Assembly (NCBI GenBank): GCA_965246885.1
Contig: OZ251992.1
Location: 960,001 to 1,024,000 of the forward strand
DNA length: 64,000 nt
Reading direction: 5' to 3'
Source: Abditibacterium sp.
GTDB lineage: Bacteria > Armatimonadota > Abditibacteriia > Abditibacteriales > Abditibacteriaceae
This document shows, piece after piece, positions 29,291 through 41,677 of this stretch. Within the stretch, counting starts at the first letter, position 1; each line of letters opens with the position of its first letter. The notes under the pieces were generated by a model. That model ran no database searches. It saw only the letters and a program-made list of their open reading frames with translations, and was not told the DNA's origin. Made by a program: the position numbers and the translations under genes.

Positions 29291-29818
29291 TTAGCGGATA
29301 ATCACCACCCCATCGGCGCCATCCGTCTCCATCAAACGCACTTGTACCCGCTCTTCTTTGGCAGTGGGCGCGTTTTTGCCGACAAAATCGGCGCGAATGG
29401 GCAACTCCCGGTGCCCCCTGTCCACTAACACTGCCAACTGCACGGCGCGCGGGCGGCCAAAATCGCCCAATGCATCCAACGCGGCGCGAATGGTGCGCCC
29501 GGTGAAGAGCACGTCGTCTACCAACACGACGACCTTATCGGTCACGTCAAAGGCGATCTGCGAGCTTTTGGGCGGGGCGGCGCGCAGGTGGAAATCGTCG
29601 CGGTGCAGGGCGATATCGAGCGCGCCAGTGGGTAATGTGGTGCCTTCGATGGCACTCAACTGCTCCGCAATGCGGCGCGCGAGGGGCACGCCACGCGTGC
29701 GAATCCCGACCAGAACCACGTCGTCCAAGCCGCGATTGCGCTCGGTAATTTCATGGGCGATGCGCTTGAGTGCCCGCCCAATGTCAGCGCTTTCGAGCAA
29801 GATTTTCGGCTCGCTCAT
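29291..29818 (-). CDS. pyrR: Pyrimidine operon attenuation protein / uracil phosphoribosyltransferase
   Basis: [29 protein letters not shown] and [26 protein letters not shown] before ATG 29818. Confidence 0.95.
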   Translation of the reverse strand: MSEPKILLESADIGRALKRIAHEITERNRGLDDVVLVGIRTRGVPLARRIAEQLSAIEGTTLPTGALDIALHRDDFHLRAAPPKSSQIAFDVTDKVVVLVDDVLFTGRTIRAALDALGDFGRPRAVQLAVLVDRGHRELPIRADFVGKNAPTAKEERVQVRLMETDGADGVVIIR

Positions 29819-29833
29819 AGCAACCCTCCCCAC

Positions 29834-29878
29834 AAAAACGGCTCGCTCCGCCACTGGGAACCAAGGCGAAACGAGCCG
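29834..29878 (-). terminator. Attenuator terminator in the pyrR leader
   Basis: Minus strand cggctcgtttcgcc...ggcggagcgagccg followed by TTTTT, just upstream of the RBS. Confidence 0.8.
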
Positions 29879-29916
29879 GAAAAACGCGCGCGCGCGCCAA
29901 AAAGTGCGGTTGTCAT

Positions 29917-29955
29917 GGCCTTTATGCGCCTCGCTGGACGCACTTAAAAGACGGT
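29917..29955 (-). ncRNA. PyrR binding site (cis-regulatory RNA)
   Basis: Minus strand TCTTTTAAGTGCGTCCAGCGAGGCGCATAAAGG matches the CUUUAA...GUCCNGNGAGGY...AAGG consensus. Confidence 0.85.
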
Positions 29956-29963
29956 CGGGGAAA

Positions 29964-29972
29964 ATTATAACA
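29964..29972 (-). promoter_or_regulatory. Extended -10 promoter of the pyr operon
   Basis: Minus strand TG-T-TATAAT immediately upstream of the PyrR site. Confidence 0.75.
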
Positions 29973-30064
29973 CGCCCGCGCCAACCGATCGCCCATGCGC
30001 GCCAACGACGGAATTAGGCGCGGCAACTGTTCACCCGCATGCGGCAGTCGCTGAATTACCCCGG

Positions 30065-30649
30065 TCAGTCGCCCGCCGACACCGGCGACTGCTTCGCCGG
30101 GGCAAATAATTCATTCACCCGCATCTCCCAACCGCCCACCGCCGGACGCGCGTCAGCGACCTCGCCGCGCCGAAAAACCTGCGGCGCCATCGGCGCACGC
30201 GCCGTATATTTGGCGACGACCTCCTCGTTTTGCAAGTCCACATCCCACACAACGATGGTTCCCGCCGCGAAATAATCAGCGCGCTTGGCGGCCATTTCCC
30301 GTTCGGCTTGCGGCCCATAGTCGTTCTCTGACCGCACCTCGACGGCGAAGATGGGCGGCTCTGGCATAAATCCCATCCCCGAACGCGGGCCAGTGTAAAA
30401 GGCCGCATCAGGCGAAAACGAGCGACGGTGCGGCAGGTCGCACAAGAACCCCTTGCCATCGGCGAACGCGATGCCTTCTTCCGAAGCGCGGGCATAAGCA
30501 CGGAGCGACGAGTAAATTTCGTCGCCCGCATAGCCCGGTTCAAATCCAGTTGCCATGATTTCTTGTAGCTGTCCGTCCACGATTTCCGCTTTGCCGTCGA
30601 AGGCCAGCAGTTGCTCCACAAGCGGGTCGGCGAGGGTGAGAGTTGCCAT
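30065..30649 (-). CDS. Uma2/DUF820-family PD-(D/E)XK protein
   Basis: EIVDG, SPDAAF, P.FAVEVRS and K.ADYFAAG..VVW.VD. Confidence 0.88.
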   Translation of the reverse strand: MATLTLADPLVEQLLAFDGKAEIVDGQLQEIMATGFEPGYAGDEIYSSLRAYARASEEGIAFADGKGFLCDLPHRRSFSPDAAFYTGPRSGMGFMPEPPIFAVEVRSENDYGPQAEREMAAKRADYFAAGTIVVWDVDLQNEEVVAKYTARAPMAPQVFRRGEVADARPAVGGWEMRVNELFAPAKQSPVSAGD

Positions 30650-30658
30650 GAGTTGAGT

Positions 30659-31093
30659 TTAAACCTCCAGTTGCGCCCGCAATTCCATCAATAACACGCC
30701 CATACGGTTGCGCCCCGTCCCATCACGCCCGATGCCCCAGTAAAAATCGTCGGGGGAGTTTTCGAGGATTACTTCACACCCCGTCGAAAGCAAGAGTTCG
30801 CGCGCGTCAACGTGTGTCTCGAACTTGGCTTGGAGGGCGCGGCGCATCACGTCTTCCTTGATTTTGTCCCAATCGGGGCGCAAGGGGTGTGCATCGGAGC
30901 GCCCCAAGTCTTTCGCATCGCGCGGCGTTGGCGCGAGTCGGACTTGCTCCCGAAACGCTTCGTCCGCGAACTTTTGCGCTTGGTAGAAGTGTTCGACCGA
31001 TGCCCAACGCGCGCCGTCGAGCGTGAAAGCGTGGCCGGAAAAGTTGGAGAACGTGCCGTAGCGGTGCGTGGGAATAAAGAACTTGATTGGCAT
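30659..31093 (-). CDS. NADAR-family protein (YbiA/DUF1768-like)
   Basis: YG.FSNF, SVEHFYQAQKF, LLSTG, ENSPDDFYWG and GRNRMG.LLMELR. Confidence 0.9.
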   Translation of the reverse strand: MPIKFFIPTHRYGTFSNFSGHAFTLDGARWASVEHFYQAQKFADEAFREQVRLAPTPRDAKDLGRSDAHPLRPDWDKIKEDVMRRALQAKFETHVDARELLLSTGCEVILENSPDDFYWGIGRDGTGRNRMGVLLMELRAQLEV

Positions 31094-31126
31094 TAGATGA
31101 TCACCGATTGCTTCCTCTCATTTAGC

Positions 31127-33292
<2,166 letters not shown>

Positions 33293-33368
33293 GCGGCCTT
33301 TAGTGTGACCGGTTCGGGCGGAAGTTTCATCGGGACGGATGAAATGGGCGGCGGGGACACTATCGCCC

Positions 33369-34193
33369 ATGACTTATTCCCAATGGCTGCTGTTGGCGAC
33401 GCGCCGTTTACAGCCGCACGAGGAAGCGCGTTTGCTGGCGCGGCGCTTGTTGGACGACGCGGCGGGGCACTCGCACGCGCACCTATTGGCTCCCGACGAG
33501 GAGCTTTCTCCCGAAGTCGCGGCGCAACTGGAAGAACAATTAACGCGACTCGAAGCGGGCGAGCCGCTCCCGTATGTGTTGGGGCACGCGCCGTTTTGGG
33601 GGCGGGAATGGCGCGTCGAAGCAGGCGTGTTGATACCGCGCCCGGAAACGGAACTGCTCGTGGCGGCGGCCTTGGAACACCTTCCGATGGAAGCGCGCGT
33701 CGCGGAGTTGGGAACGGGAAGTGGGATTGTCGCGGGCACCCTCGCGCTTGAACGCCCACGCTGGCAGGTGTGGGCGAGCGAACTGTCACCCGTTGCGGGG
33801 CGTGTCTCGCGCGCGAATTGGGAAGAGTTGGGCGCGCGGGTGGAACTGTTGGTGGGCGCGACGGATGATTGGCTCGGCCCGATTGCGGGTTTGGCGCCGC
33901 TCGATTGCATCGTCTCGAACCCGCCTTATATCCCGTCGGGGGAGATAGACGGGTTGCAGACCTCGGTGCGCGAGTTCGAGCCGCGTATGGCGCTCGATGG
34001 CGGGCCGGATGGTCTGACGCCGTATCACCAAATCGCGGCGGAGCGGGAACTACTGGCGGCGGGCGGGTTCGTGGCGCTGGAAGCGGGGCACGATCAGAGG
34101 GCGGCGCTGGAGGAGATGTTCGCGGATTGGGCGCGGCAGGAGTGGAAGTTTGACTTGCAAGGGGTAGCGCGGACGCTGTTGGCGTGGAAATAG
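33369..34193 (+). CDS. prmC: Release-factor glutamine methyltransferase
   Basis: [25 protein letters not shown] and EP..ALDGG.DGL. Confidence 0.92.
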   Translation: MTYSQWLLLATRRLQPHEEARLLARRLLDDAAGHSHAHLLAPDEELSPEVAAQLEEQLTRLEAGEPLPYVLGHAPFWGREWRVEAGVLIPRPETELLVAAALEHLPMEARVAELGTGSGIVAGTLALERPRWQVWASELSPVAGRVSRANWEELGARVELLVGATDDWLGPIAGLAPLDCIVSNPPYIPSGEIDGLQTSVREFEPRMALDGGPDGLTPYHQIAAERELLAAGGFVALEAGHDQRAALEEMFADWARQEWKFDLQGVARTLLAWK

Positions 34194-34231
34194 ACACACT
34201 GTTGGGCGGGGAAACCCCGAAACCAACCACT

Positions 34232-34717
<486 letters not shown>

Positions 34718-35317
34718 ATGGAAACTGAACGCGAGCGCTGGAGCCGGACGTTTTCCGGCTCCTCGTTTTTTTACGGACTCGAACCCGGCCCCGTCGCGCG
34801 CCGCGCCGTCAAATACGCGCGCTCCTTGCACCCATCGGGCGGAAGCGCGCTGGACGCCGGAAGCGGCGAAGGGCAGGACTTGCTGTTTCTGTCCCAAAGC
34901 GGCTACGATGCGCTGGGCCTCGATTTCACGCGCGAAGGCACCGCTAAAGCACGCGAGTTGCTCGCCCAAAACGGGCAGACCGCGCGCTTGGAAGTCGCCG
35001 ACCTCACGACGTGGCGCACCGACGAGCGCTTTGACTTGGTGCTTTCGGTCAACGCGCTCCAGTTCGTCGGCGCGCAGGCGCCGCGCGTGTTGGGGGAGTT
35101 GCAGGCGCTCGTGAAGCCGGGCGGAGTGTTTGGCTTTTCGGCGTTCGCTCGCGAAGATAAAGACGAGGAAGCGTTCGATGGCGCGTTGTATCGCTTCCAT
35201 CTGGACGAACTTTTGGCGAACTTTGCGACTTGGCAGCCGTTTGAAGCGGCGCGCTTGTGGCAGTGGGGCGCCAATGGCCCGCAACCGTTTGTGACCCTCG
35301 TCGCGGGGAAGATTTGA
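34718..35317 (+). CDS. Class I SAM-dependent methyltransferase (TehB-like)
   Basis: ALDAGSGEG, FDLV and LVKPGG. Confidence 0.85.
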   Translation: METERERWSRTFSGSSFFYGLEPGPVARRAVKYARSLHPSGGSALDAGSGEGQDLLFLSQSGYDALGLDFTREGTAKARELLAQNGQTARLEVADLTTWRTDERFDLVLSVNALQFVGAQAPRVLGELQALVKPGGVFGFSAFAREDKDEEAFDGALYRFHLDELLANFATWQPFEAARLWQWGANGPQPFVTLVAGKI

Positions 35318-35320
35318 ACC

Positions 35321-35824
35321 ATGAAACACCTTATTCCACTCCTCGCGCTGTCGGTTTGCGCGCCGATGTGTGCCGATGCGTCGCCGCGTCATGCGCCCAA
35401 AGGCTGGAAGAACTACGACGGCCCGATGTTTTCCGTCTTTTACCCGGCGGCTTGGAAGGCGCGCTCAGGGAACGACCCCGATGCGGCGTTCTTTTCATCG
35501 CCCAAAGAAAGCGTCCAGTTCGCTGTTTACTCGCCGCAGTGGAATGGGTTGCCTAAGGAGCTAAACCTCGACCCGCGCCACGAAAAGCTGGTGGCAACGC
35601 GCGTGCAAAAGTCGGGTGGTGGCGAGAAGACGCAAATCGTGACGCGCTGGCAAACCTTCCGCGCCCTTGATGGGGCCTACACGCGCTCCTTGGTGGATGT
35701 CGAAGACGTGACGCTGGGCACGCGGCGCGCTTTTGTCTTTCGCTATAAGGGAGCGGACGCTTACAAGCGGTTCCTGCCCACTTTCAATCGTTTCAAAGCC
35801 TCGCTCGAACAATACAGCGACTAA
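35321..35824 (+). CDS. Secreted hypothetical protein (PsbP-like fold possible)
   Basis: Signal peptide; W..Y....FSVFYP..W start and F..SL end. Confidence 0.6.
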   Translation: MKHLIPLLALSVCAPMCADASPRHAPKGWKNYDGPMFSVFYPAAWKARSGNDPDAAFFSSPKESVQFAVYSPQWNGLPKELNLDPRHEKLVATRVQKSGGGEKTQIVTRWQTFRALDGAYTRSLVDVEDVTLGTRRAFVFRYKGADAYKRFLPTFNRFKASLEQYSD

Positions 35825-35830
35825 CTTCCG

Positions 35831-36742
35831 ATGGCCTTTCTTCTCTGCGTGGACGACGATCCCTCCATTTCCGGCTTGGTGCGCCAAATCCTGCGCATGG
35901 CGGGGCACGAAGTCGCGGTCGCGGAGTCGGGACAGAAGGCTTTAGAAATGGTGCGCGCGAGAGAGCCGGAGTTGGTCGTGCTCGACCGCTCGATGCCCGG
36001 AATGGACGGCTTAGCCGTGTGCCGCGCGCTCAAAAACAACCCGTTTTTGTCGCGCATCCCCGTCTTGATGCTGACGGCGCTTTCGACCATTGACTACAAA
36101 ATCGAGGGCTTTGATGCGGGCGCCGACGACTATCTGGGCAAGCCGTTCGAGCCGCGCGAATTGGTCGCGCGCGTGTCGGCGCTGCTTCGCTTGGTGGCGC
36201 GCGAGGGCGACCGCAACCCATCGAGCGGACTTCCCGGTGGCGCGGCCATCGAGCGCGACATCGAAGGGCGCGTCGCGCGCGGGGAACGCTTCGCCGTCGT
36301 GTATTTCGACTTCGACCACTTCAAGCCCTTCGCCGACACTTTCGGCTTCGCGCGCGCCGACCAAGTCGTGCGGCGCGCGGGCGAGATTTTGGGCGAGATG
36401 GCGGCGCGCGAGGGCAACTTCGTGGCCCACATCGGCGGAGACGACTTTCTGCTTGTGTGCGACACAGACCGCGCGAACGACTTGGCGCAGGAAGGTTTCA
36501 ACCGCTTCGCTGCGCTCATGCGCGATGTCGCCGGCCCGCAAGTCGCCGCCAAAGGCAGCTTCCCCGGCCTGTCCCGCGAGGGCGAGCCGTGCGAATTCCC
36601 GCTCGCCTCCCTCACCTCCGTCATCATCCCCGTCACCCCCGACACTTGGCAAGGCACCGCGCATTTAGGCGAACTCGCCGCCACATGGAAACGCGCCGCC
36701 AAAGCCAGCGGCGGCGCGCAGATCGTTGAAGCGCGGGTGTGA
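35831..36742 (+). CDS. Response regulator with GGDEF-type domain (GGDDF)
   Basis: Receiver (VDDD, LD.SMP, GADDY..KPF) followed by NP.SGLPG, DFDHFKPF and HIGGDDF. Confidence 0.88.
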   Translation: MAFLLCVDDDPSISGLVRQILRMAGHEVAVAESGQKALEMVRAREPELVVLDRSMPGMDGLAVCRALKNNPFLSRIPVLMLTALSTIDYKIEGFDAGADDYLGKPFEPRELVARVSALLRLVAREGDRNPSSGLPGGAAIERDIEGRVARGERFAVVYFDFDHFKPFADTFGFARADQVVRRAGEILGEMAAREGNFVAHIGGDDFLLVCDTDRANDLAQEGFNRFAALMRDVAGPQVAAKGSFPGLSREGEPCEFPLASLTSVIIPVTPDTWQGTAHLGELAATWKRAAKASGGAQIVEARV

Positions 36743-36794
36743 AAACCGGACGGCGCATGAGAGATTACCTCCACCTGTTTATAGCGAGTGGGCT

Positions 36795-37310
36795 TTAGTC
36801 CAACCACCACGCATAAAGATTGCCCGGATCAACACAAACGACGAGCAACCAGATGAACATCGAACTCAGACACAACCATCGTTGAACTGAGGAGAGGCGC
36901 GATCTGACCGCAAAAAATAGTGCCAAGAAGACAACCATCAACGCACCAGAGAAGGCATCCAGATAGTTGACCAAGTGGAATAAAGAGTCAAACCGCGCCG
37001 ACACATGACCGCACAAGCCCTTCGGGTCATCCACCATCACCTGAGGCCAAGAACCGCGCACTGACTGAAGCTCACGCGCCATAAATAAAAGGCCGAAGTT
37101 GGGGAGAAGCGGCCACAAGCTCAGAAAAAGGAGCGCTGCGAAAAGAGGGAGGGACAGTTTGGCGCGTAACGAGCGGCAAATCCAAACAACACCGACTAAG
37201 CCCAGCACAAGAGTGAGAAGCGGGGCGAAATCCATTGCGTCGGTGAAGGTGAAGCCGCCGAAGATGGATACAAAGCGGAATAACAATGTCCAAAGGAGCG
37301 ACTCAATCAT
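36795..37310 (-). CDS. Hypothetical membrane protein (start uncertain), AT-richer
   Basis: ORF with 4-5 hydrophobic segments; atypical composition. Confidence 0.55.
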   Translation of the reverse strand: MIESLLWTLLFRFVSIFGGFTFTDAMDFAPLLTLVLGLVGVVWICRSLRAKLSLPLFAALLFLSLWPLLPNFGLLFMARELQSVRGSWPQVMVDDPKGLCGHVSARFDSLFHLVNYLDAFSGALMVVFLALFFAVRSRLSSVQRWLCLSSMFIWLLVVCVDPGNLYAWWLD

Positions 37311-37387
37311 AATGTGCTTGTATAGGCCGTCCCCTTTCTCGCGGGCGCCTTTATTCTCAGTGCGCCCGGTTAAACATCGGCGCCGTT

Positions 37388-37750
37388 TCACGGAAGCGGG
37401 CAGACTTCCATTCCTTTAATCAAACCGCCTTCGAGGGTGAAACGGTGGCCGACGTGTTCATCGGCGAGGGTGGTGCCCGCCAAGTCGCGCACGGTTTGAT
37501 GCACGTCCACCACGATGCGACCGGTGCCCTCCGGGTAGAAGGCGACCGGCTCGACGTGCGGGTTAATCTCGCTCCATTGCTCTGTCCAGTAGGCGTGGAC
37601 TTCTTCTGGCCCGCGCACGAATCCACCCTTGAACGCTTTGGGCCACGTTACGTCCGTCGTCATCAGGGCGAGCGCGGCATCTATGTCGCGCGCGTTGAAG
37701 GCCGCGTAAGTGGCGCGGAGCAACTCTTCTGGTGTGGATTGCTTTGTCAT
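37388..37750 (-). CDS. SnoaL-like/NTF2-family protein
   Basis: YAAFNARDIDA..A.M..DV.WP....GG...G...V..YW..QW. Confidence 0.85.
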   Translation of the reverse strand: MTKQSTPEELLRATYAAFNARDIDAALALMTTDVTWPKAFKGGFVRGPEEVHAYWTEQWSEINPHVEPVAFYPEGTGRIVVDVHQTVRDLAGTTLADEHVGHRFTLEGGLIKGMEVCPLP

Positions 37751-37759
37751 AGGCGTTTT

Positions 37760-37904
37760 GTTGTCGGGGATATGAAATCCCCGGCATCCGGGCTAAAGCC
37801 CAAGTGTCCTGCCGTACACGCTTCTCAAAGGATGCGTTACTTGGCGGCGCGTTCGGAGAACGCTTGGCGAAGCCGGATGCCGGGGATTTCATATCCCCGA
37901 CTAC
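37760..37904. repeat. REP doublet (REPIN-like): two inverted GTAG-type REP units
   Basis: Perfect 29-bp inverted repeat, 37763-37791 and 37873-37901 (gtcggggatatgaaatccccggcatccgg); each copy has an internal palindrome ggggat-N5-atcccc and starts with GTTG/GTAG. Confidence 0.85.
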
Positions 37905-40324
37905 ACCTTCTTCTTGGGCGCCGCTTTCTTCGCGGGTGCTTTCTTGGCGGCAGGCTTTTTGGGCGCGGGGGCTTCGGGCGCATCCAGCAAGTCTTCCAGC
38001 GAGCGCGCGGCTTTGGTGCTGGCGGCGGGTTTCTTCGCCGAAGCCGTCGCGGTTTTGGCGGCGCGCGGGGCTTTGGGCGGGTCGTCGGGGTTAGGCCATT
38101 TGGGTTGGCCTTCTTTGTCGAGGTTGACCAAACGCTTGCACTCCGGGTAGTTCGAGCAGCCCAAGAACGGCCCGAAGCGGCCCTTGCGTTTGAGCATCGG
38201 CGAGTTGCAATCGGGGCATTTATAGTCGGTCGGCTCGGTGGTGGGCGCGTCCACTTTGACGTTGCCGTCGGCGTCGCGGCGCGTGACTTGGCCCTCGATG
38301 GGAAGGGTGTTCTTGCACTTGGGGTAGCCGGTGCATCCCCAAAACGCGCCGCGCGAACTCGCGCGCACGATCATCGGCTTGCCGCATTTGTCGCACTCGC
38401 GGGTCGAGCCGGTCTCGATGCCCTCGACTTCGATAGTCTCCTTTTCCTTCTTTTCGACGGGCAAATCGTCGGCGCCCACGTTGAAAGTCGCCTTGCACTC
38501 CTCGTTGGGACAACTGAAAAAGCTGCCGAAGCGCCCGCGCCTTTTAAGCAGCTTCTCGCCGCAGTGGAGGCAAGGGATGTCGGTTTCTTCCGGCCCGACC
38601 TTCTCCATTTCGGTCTTGGCGAGCACGACGCGCTCGTGGAAGGGCGTGTAGAAGTCGCGCAAAACGCCGACCCAGCCGCGCTTGCCTTCCTCGATTTCGT
38701 CCAACTGCTCCTCGACGCCCGACGTGAAAGCGACGTTGACGATGTTGCCGAAGTGCTCGACCAATTTGTCGTTCACCAAGAAGCCCAGTTCCGTCGGTGT
38801 GAAGCGGCGCTGGTCAACCGTGCAATATAAGCGGTCAACGATGGTGGACAGGATGGAAGCGTAGGTCGAAGGGCGCCCGATGCCGTTCTCTTCAAGAGTC
38901 TTCACAAGCGTCGCTTCGGTGTAGCGCGGTGGCGGCTGGGTGAAGTGCTGGCGCGGGTCTAACTTCTTGAGGTCGAGCGGCTGGCCTTGGCTCAAATCGG
39001 GCAAGCGGCGGTCGGCGTTCTCGTCGTCCGCTTCTATTTCCTCCGATTTGTCCTCGTCGCGCGCTTCTTCGTAGACGCTGAGGAAGCCCTGAAACTTGAT
39101 AATCGAGCCGGACGCGCGCAAGCCGAACTCGCCCGCTTGAACGTCAACCGTCGTTACGTCGAGCAGGGCGGGCTTCATTTGCGACGCGACGAAGCGGCGC
39201 CAGATGAGGCGATAAAGCCGGAACTGGTCGGGCGCGAGATAGCCTTCGATGTCTTCGGGCACGATGTTGACGTCGGCGGGCCGGATGGCCTCGTGCGCTT
39301 CTTGGGCGGACTTGCGGTTCTTAAACGTCGGCGGCGTCGCGGGCAAAAACTCCTCGCCGTAGCGCGCGCTGATATATTGCTGCGCCGCTTCCTGTGCTTC
39401 CTTGGCGATGGCGGTCGAATCAGTTCTCATGTAGGTAATGAGGCCGGTTGGGGCGCCTTTGCCGATGTCTATGCCCTCGTACAGGTCTTGCGCGAGGCGC
39501 ATGGTGCGTTGCGCGCCGTAGCGCATTTGCTTGGAGGCTTCCTGCTGAAGCGTCGAAGTGATAAACGGCGCCGCCGCGTTGCGCTTCTTCTCGGTCTTTT
39601 TGACGTTCTGAACGACGAAGGGGAGTGGCTCCAGCGCGGCGACTAACTCTTGCGCTTGCTCGCCGTTGCCGATCTCCAACTTCTTCCCGGCGCGCGTGCG
39701 CAGAATGGCGGGGAAGGGGAAGTTCTGGGTTTTGGGCGAGAGCGTCGCGGTGATGCTCCAATACTCCTCGACTTTAAAAGCGCGGATTTCGCGCTCGCGC
39801 TCGCACACGAGGCGCAGCGCGACCGACTGGACGCGGCCTGCGCTTGTCTTGGGCGCGACTTTGCGGGCCAGAAGCGGCGACAGTTCGTAGCCGATGATGC
39901 GGTCGAGAACGCGGCGCGCTTGTTGGGCGTTCACCCTGTCCATGTTGATGTCGCGCGGGTTTTGCAGGGCGCGTTGGACGGCGGTCTTGGTTATCTCGTT
40001 GAACTCGATGCGGCGCACCTTTTTTAGGTGAAGCGCCTCCTTGATGTGCCACGCGATGGCCTCGCCTTCGCGGTCGGGGTCGCTGGCCAGATAAACGGTA
40101 TCCACGCCCGCCGCCGCTTTCTTCATATCCGCGACGATGCGGGCGCGGTCGGGGATGAGTTCGTAGGTCGGCTCGAAGTCGCCCTTGAGGTCAACAGAGA
40201 TGCCCTTGGCGGGCAGGTCGCGGACGTGGCCTTGCGACCCCATGACCACGAAGTCGGGGCCAAGGAAGCCCTTGAGGGTCTTGACTTTGGTGGGCGATTC
40301 GACGATGAGAAGTGATTTTGGCAT
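37901..40324 (-). CDS. topA: DNA topoisomerase I
   Basis: IVESP.K, DPDREGEAIAWH, SAGRVQS, ITYMRTDS and GIGRPSTY; zinc ribbons; Lys/Ala-rich tail. Confidence 0.97.
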   Translation of the reverse strand: MPKSLLIVESPTKVKTLKGFLGPDFVVMGSQGHVRDLPAKGISVDLKGDFEPTYELIPDRARIVADMKKAAAGVDTVYLASDPDREGEAIAWHIKEALHLKKVRRIEFNEITKTAVQRALQNPRDINMDRVNAQQARRVLDRIIGYELSPLLARKVAPKTSAGRVQSVALRLVCEREREIRAFKVEEYWSITATLSPKTQNFPFPAILRTRAGKKLEIGNGEQAQELVAALEPLPFVVQNVKKTEKKRNAAAPFITSTLQQEASKQMRYGAQRTMRLAQDLYEGIDIGKGAPTGLITYMRTDSTAIAKEAQEAAQQYISARYGEEFLPATPPTFKNRKSAQEAHEAIRPADVNIVPEDIEGYLAPDQFRLYRLIWRRFVASQMKPALLDVTTVDVQAGEFGLRASGSIIKFQGFLSVYEEARDEDKSEEIEADDENADRRLPDLSQGQPLDLKKLDPRQHFTQPPPRYTEATLVKTLEENGIGRPSTYASILSTIVDRLYCTVDQRRFTPTELGFLVNDKLVEHFGNIVNVAFTSGVEEQLDEIEEGKRGWVGVLRDFYTPFHERVVLAKTEMEKVGPEETDIPCLHCGEKLLKRRGRFGSFFSCPNEECKATFNVGADDLPVEKKEKETIEVEGIETGSTRECDKCGKPMIVRASSRGAFWGCTGYPKCKNTLPIEGQVTRRDADGNVKVDAPTTEPTDYKCPDCNSPMLKRKGRFGPFLGCSNYPECKRLVNLDKEGQPKWPNPDDPPKAPRAAKTATASAKKPAASTKAARSLEDLLDAPEAPAPKKPAAKKAPAKKAAPKKKV

Positions 40325-40354
40325 GAATGGAAGCGTCCCCGTGCGGGGAGCATT

Positions 40355-41563
40355 CTAAGTGATTTTCTCGGCCTTGACGAATAAGTTCCCCGGCAGGCGC
40401 CGCGCAAATCCTTTCAGTTCGAGCATTACGAGCGCCGCGTTGGTCGGCCCCGCGTCGAGCGCGGCGGCTTCGGCGAGGTCGTCCATGTGGCGCGGATCGG
40501 CTTCTAACAGCAGCCACACCCGCAACTCGTTGGGCGCCAGATTCGTGGGCGGGGCGCTGGGTTCCCGTTCTTTGCGCGGGACGCGTGGAGAAACGACGGG
40601 TCGCGTCGCCACACCTTCGGTGGGAGCCGTGAAGATTGCGGGCGCTTCGTCGTCTCCTTCGATAGCTTCGTCGCCCGCTTCGCCCAGATATTCCAACACG
40701 TCGTCTATGCACTCGACCAGCGCCGCGCCTTCCTTAATGAGTTGATGCGGCCCGCGACTTTGGGGCTTGTGAACGTTGCCGGGGACGGCGAAGACTTGGC
40801 GGTCGTGGTTGGCGGCGAGCGTCGCGGTGATGAGCGCTCCAGACTTGGCTTGCGCTTCGACAACAATCACGGCGCGCGCGAGGCCGACGATAATGCGGTT
40901 GCGCGCCGGGAAGTGCCACGCTTCGGGCGGCGTGGTGGGCGCCCACTCCGACACGACGGCGCCGCTTCCCTCGATGCGGCTCATCAGTTCGCGGTTCTCG
41001 GACGGATACACGATGTCCAGCCCGCACCCCGTCACGGCGAGGGTGCGCCCGCCGCCGTCCAGAGCGCCCATGTGCGCCGCCGTGTCAATGCCGCGCGCCA
41101 AGCCCGACGCGACCGTCCAGCCCGCGCGCGATAGCTCCACGCCAAAAGTGTGCGCCAAACCCCGCCCGTATTCGGTCACGTTGCGCGTGCCGACAATGGC
41201 GACGGTGCGGGTGTCGCGCGGCGAAAAGTCGCCGCGCACGAACAGGAAGGGCGGCACATCATCCCCGATTTGCCGGAGCAGGGGCGGGTAATCGGCTTCA
41301 TCGGCGATGCCGATGCGATGCTCGCGCATGGCGTCCAGTTGCGCCGTCACGTCTTTGATGCCCGCCGCGCGCAAGCGTTCGACGGCAGCGCGGGTCAGCT
41401 TGAACTCGCCGCGCAATGTGGGTGCTTCGCCGTGCGCAGCGTCCAACAGCGCTTGCGGCTCGCCGAAGTGGGCGAGCAGGGCGCGCGTTCGCGGGGTGGG
41501 CAGACCGGCGTAGGACAACCGCAGCCACGCGGTCGCGTCTTGGGGAGACAAATGGTCGGGCAT
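40355..41563 (-). CDS. dprA: DNA-processing protein DprA
   Basis: AIVGTR, SGLARGIDTAAH, FPARNRII, EA..KSGALITA and FAVPG; upstream of topA as usual. Confidence 0.95.
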   Translation of the reverse strand: MPDHLSPQDATAWLRLSYAGLPTPRTRALLAHFGEPQALLDAAHGEAPTLRGEFKLTRAAVERLRAAGIKDVTAQLDAMREHRIGIADEADYPPLLRQIGDDVPPFLFVRGDFSPRDTRTVAIVGTRNVTEYGRGLAHTFGVELSRAGWTVASGLARGIDTAAHMGALDGGGRTLAVTGCGLDIVYPSENRELMSRIEGSGAVVSEWAPTTPPEAWHFPARNRIIVGLARAVIVVEAQAKSGALITATLAANHDRQVFAVPGNVHKPQSRGPHQLIKEGAALVECIDDVLEYLGEAGDEAIEGDDEAPAIFTAPTEGVATRPVVSPRVPRKEREPSAPPTNLAPNELRVWLLLEADPRHMDDLAEAAALDAGPTNAALVMLELKGFARRLPGNLFVKAEKIT

Positions 41564-41638
41564 AAGAAGCGGTGCGCGGACGACGGAAAGAGATTTTGCC
41601 CGCACCGCGCCTTGGGCGCAACCTTGAGCCGCCAATGC

Positions 41639-41667
41639 CAAACGCCCGCGAAGTTCGCGGGCGTTTG
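41639..41667 (-). terminator. Hairpin after the PQQ-like propeller gene
   Basis: caaacgcccgcgaa-g-ttcgcgggcgtttg perfect stem 10 nt past the stop. Confidence 0.6.
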
Positions 41668-41677
41668 AAGGGAGCCG

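Noticed and set aside
36420..36450. GGDDF as a novel degenerate diguanylate cyclase site
   Set aside because: GGDDF is a commonly seen variant in receiver-GGDEF proteins; not unusual by itself.
37905..38070. Repeat-like Lys/Ala-rich tract
   Set aside because: It is the ordinary basic C-terminal tail of TopA.
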